Source of the DNA: a bacterium | GTDB taxonomy: Bacteria > SAR324 > NAC60-12 | Assembly: GCA_965205865.1 (NCBI GenBank) | Contig: CBDBHR010000028.1 | Location: forward strand, 192,001-256,000 | Length of the DNA stretch: 64,000 nucleotides | Reading direction: 5' to 3' | In this document: piece by piece, positions 61,060 through 64,000 of the stretch | How the letters are laid out: the number at the start of each line of letters is the position of its first letter | How positions within the stretch are numbered: position 1 is the first letter of the stretch | Program-made: the position numbers and the translations under genes | The notes under the pieces: model-generated | What the model saw: only the letters and a program-made list of their open reading frames with translations | The model's database searches: none | What the model was told of the DNA's origin: nothing

Positions 61060-64000
61060 CTCGACCACTCCGGCGCTTCAATTGGCTGTTCTGTCAACTC
61101 TTCTTTGAAGACTCGTGCCATCTCCAAAGCGTATGCCCGCGCTACATCCAGTTCGCCAACTTCGACCAAGAAATAGACAAGGAGAGACAATCCTATGACA
61201 ATGCCGTTTCGCTCGCTCTTGGTTGCGTATACGGGTTTTGCTGTGTTTCTGATGAACTCTCGCCACTGCTCGCGATAATGCTGAGCCACCTTCCGTATTC
61301 TGGCCTGCGCTTCGTCTCTGCTCGTAAACCATCGCTGCCATCCGGAACGCGAGACATGGGCGCGGATGAGCCAGGGAAGAGCCTTGGACCGGCCCTGCGC
61401 CTTGAGTGCGATGTCGAACGCCACATCCAGCGCATCATCAAAATCGAGATAATGCCTCGTCTCTGAGGTCGCAGATTCGAGATTGGTCAGCGCCTCTTCG
61501 ACATGCCCTGCTCTTTCCCAAAATCTCAGCCACTCGGTGACGAGTTTTCGCCGATAATAATAAGCGCGCGCTTCGCGTGTTGCGCTCAAGTAACCTCGCA
61601 AGCACCCGGGAGGAAACTCACTTGGATTGGGAACTGACACTTCTGCTTCCCCGGACTCAGAGTCATCGACAAAAGAGGTCGGGTTTCCAACTACCGTTAA
61701 TTCCTTCTGCTCGGGCGTCTCGTCGATAACCTTACCGGTTTTCCTCCTGATAGCTATCAGGGCCGCATTGGTCTGGGGCCGGGCCTTCGAACAAATATTC
61801 TCCACCGCGCGAGCTTCAGAAGGAACGATGTAAGTCTCCAGCAACGCTCGCCCTGTCCGCGACTCGACTTGGTCGGTTTCAACGAATGCAATTGCCAACG
61901 CTTCGGCATATCGCCATTGTTCGTCGCGGATAAGGTGCGCGTAGCAGGCCGGAACCCTTTTGGGAAAGTGTGCGGCGATCGCCTTGTAATATTCTTCACG
62001 GACATAGTTGGTTTCGTCTCCGTCTGTGTAATCGGTTATGGCTTCGAACTCGCCGGCAAGATCAAGCATGGCTTTTCGAGCGCCCGCATCGCCGTTTTTC
62101 ACCAAGAGATCCAGTGACTCGAGGACCTCGTCTGCAAACATGTCCTTGTGCCAATCGTAACCGAGCAGACACCCTACAGCTCGTCTCAGTTCCTTCTGAG
62201 CCAGAGGTGCGAGGCCGTTGTCGGAGGCGAATATTGCCAGTTTAGCAGCGGTCGTAGCTCGCTCGTTGAATCCAGTGATCTTGGTGTCGAGGTAGCATCC
62301 AATGCGCTCAACCAGTACCTGTGCCGCATCCTCTGAATGTAATGGCAAGCGCCGCTCAGTAAAGCCTTCAAGCCAGATTTCGTCCAGCCAAAACGGCGAT
62401 ACTGAAGCGGATTCAATGTCGCTCATGTCAATGCAAGCATTCGCGTCGAGACCTTTAGCGATAGTACAAAGGTCGACTGCGATATCTCGAAGCGCGAGAC
62501 GGACGGCTATGAGGTGGCGTTTCACTTCATGAGAACTCGATGTGGACTGTTGCAATTCGAAAACCCTGTAGATGTCCTGAAGGGTTGGCCATTTCCGCGA
62601 TTCTTTCCATCCTTCTGCGATGTTTTCTGCTAACCGTTCCAGCGCTCTCACGGCATCGCTCAGCCAAGTTTTCCGGGCGTGCTCTGGGATCTTCGACCAT
62701 CCTTGGGCTTTGCCTCCAGATAGTGCTGCAGCAAGCGCAACGAAGAATGCCTCGTACAAGACACCACGCATCTCTACTGCAAACATCGTGTCAGAGCCTT
62801 CACTTCCGACGAACAAGCGAGAGAGATCCTTTTTCGTCCGAGATCGTCTGGTGGCGCCACCTTCCTTGAGAAATGCGAGGCAACGGATTGCCGGATGTGA
62901 GAGTGCTTTGAGTTCGGGTTTCGCCGCTGGGTTAAGACCTTCGAAACACAGTGCCACGAACACATCGCGATCTAAATCGTGCCTGGACCATTGCTTGCCT
63001 ATCCCGAAAACGTTTTCGAAATTGCGAGCAAGAATAGATTCCTGAGTGTAGGCAGCGATCAGCGCTTCGGCATTCGCATCGCGCTTCGTACATGCCAAGA
63101 CACGCTGGGCGCTTTGCGATCCGTCGCTAGCGAGCACGGCGACAATGGCGTGAGCCAACTCGTGATACTCTGCGCTGCTCTCCGTCTCATTGTCATGGCG
63201 ACGCGCAATCCGCCGCTTCAACTCTGTGATGGCGTCCCGTGCTACGACCTCGCGGATTGATTCATCTGTGTTGCGTACGATGAAGGGCAGCAGGCCTTCA
63301 GGCGCGCGGTGGAGTTCTGTACGTAGGAGGACCCCTATGTAGGGATCAACAGACAGCGAAGCCGCGATCTCTTGAAAGAGTGGCCATTCATTCGTCTGGA
63401 AATCCGGCCCATTTACTGCACGCGTCTTGAGCAAACGAAGGGCGAGTAGTCGGGGAAGATCGAACGCGTCGAATGCAGCCTTCTCCGCATAGTCGAGTAT
63501 GGTGATTAGTTGCTCGATCGGATATCCGACGACAAGCGAATTGATCGCCCATTCACGGTTGGGTTCAACGAGAAGGTCTGATGGATCGTCGAGTTGCGCT
63601 TTGGTGATCCACAACCAAGCCCAATGCCAATACGCCGGAGCTCGTGTCTTTAACCAAGCGAGAACATCGGACGCATGCAGTTTGAAAATGGCTTCATGCT
63701 CTTGAAGGTCTCGCACGAAGGCAAACAAACTTCCGTGGAACGGCCGCACCTCCATTTCTCGATAGTCAAGCAGGTGATTGATCTCGTCGCGCGCGGTGAG
63801 ACTTTCGTTGCTGCGACCAAAGCATTCGCGCATTGCGAAGGGAGGAGGTCCAAACTCCAGACCTGCCAGGACATGCAAGATTATCTGAGCCTTCGCACTC
63901 ATCCTCTCCCAGATTGACCTGTAGTAGTCGCGAATATCGCCGGTGGGACAGGCAGGAAGTGCTACCACATCCTCCGCTGTCACTGCATTGCCAGCTATGA
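61056..64000 (-). CDS. Very large helical protein, C-terminal part; probable STAND/NACHT-type NTPase
   Basis: Frame open to the window edge (~980 codons visible). LP..P.GDIRDYY..IW and PFHGSLFAFV resemble the helical/winged-helix region after STAND NTPase domains; Walker motifs are not in the window. Confidence 0.5.
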   Translation of the reverse strand, partial: IAGNAVTAEDVVALPACPTGDIRDYYRSIWERMSAKAQIILHVLAGLEFGPPPFAMRECFGRSNESLTARDEINHLLDYREMEVRPFHGSLFAFVRDLQEHEAIFKLHASDVLAWLKTRAPAYWHWAWLWITKAQLDDPSDLLVEPNREWAINSLVVGYPIEQLITILDYAEKAAFDAFDLPRLLALRLLKTRAVNGPDFQTNEWPLFQEIAASLSVDPYIGVLLRTELHRAPEGLLPFIVRNTDESIREVVARDAITELKRRIARRHDNETESSAEYHELAHAIVAVLASDGSQSAQRVLACTKRDANAEALIAAYTQESILARNFENVFGIGKQWSRHDLDRDVFVALCFEGLNPAAKPELKALSHPAIRCLAFLKEGGATRRSRTKKDLSRLFVGSEGSDTMFAVEMRGVLYEAFFVALAAALSGGKAQGWSKIPEHARKTWLSDAVRALERLAENIAEGWKESRKWPTLQDIYRVFELQQSTSSSHEVKRHLIAVRLALRDIAVDLCTIAKGLDANACIDMSDIESASVSPFWLDEIWLEGFTERRLPLHSEDAAQVLVERIGCYLDTKITGFNERATTAAKLAIFASDNGLAPLAQKELRRAVGCLLGYDWHKDMFADEVLESLDLLVKNGDAGARKAMLDLAGEFEAITDYTDGDETNYVREEYYKAIAAHFPKRVPACYAHLIRDEQWRYAEALAIAFVETDQVESRTGRALLETYIVPSEARAVENICSKARPQTNAALIAIRRKTGKVIDETPEQKELTVVGNPTSFVDDSESGEAEVSVPNPSEFPPGCLRGYLSATREARAYYYRRKLVTEWLRFWERAGHVEEALTNLESATSETRHYLDFDDALDVAFDIALKAQGRSKALPWLIRAHVSRSGWQRWFTSRDEAQARIRKVAQHYREQWREFIRNTAKPVYATKSERNGIVIGLSLLVYFLVEVGELDVARAYALEMARVFKEELTEQPIEAPEWSR

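Larger units (their letters stand above)
50012..64000. mobile_element. tRNA-adjacent defence island (right end outside the window)
   Basis: Visibly GC-richer than the AT-rich DNA upstream; begins at the tRNA 3' end; only defence-type genes; no integrase seen. Confidence 0.6.

Noticed and set aside
61056-61068. Frameshift splitting one giant gene
   Set aside because: ATGA overlap with a well-placed GGAG RBS favours two genuinely coupled genes, though fused homologues may exist.

Overview
Bacterial chromosomal window, probably from a deltaproteobacterial/SAR324-like lineage (inferred from gene content only). It has three parts. (1) 1-15.6 kb is an eroded accessory region: two divergent ABC/AAA_21-type ATPases (one followed by a TOPRIM-like DUF3226 gene), a DUF4411 PIN gene with a beheaded ImmA/IrrE partner, a HigBA-type TA pair, several IS remnants, an orphan family-5 solute-binding protein, a 532-bp dispersed duplication, a full-length but inactivated IS1380 element, recQ, ssb and a disrupted DyP peroxidase. 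(2) 15.6-49.9 kb is intact housekeeping DNA: acyl-CoA ligase/CoA transferase, nuoEFG-JKL, skp, fabZ, gatC, rnr, partial type II secretion cluster with mltG, HU, S41 protease, diguanylate cyclase, thrH, bactofilin, murF and an S9 peptidase. (3) Directly after a tRNA(CAT) at 49935-50011 begins a GC-richer defence island: a SNF2 helicase / DUF1156 methylase / MNT-HEPN / DUF499 ATPase operon in which most genes are broken, converging on an unannotated two-gene operon (very large helical, probably STAND-type protein plus a ~475-codon partner) that runs off the window. Best candidates for poorly described systems are the PARIS-like ATPase+DUF3226 pair and the STAND-like two-gene operon. All family calls come from motif recognition by eye; no database searches were run.
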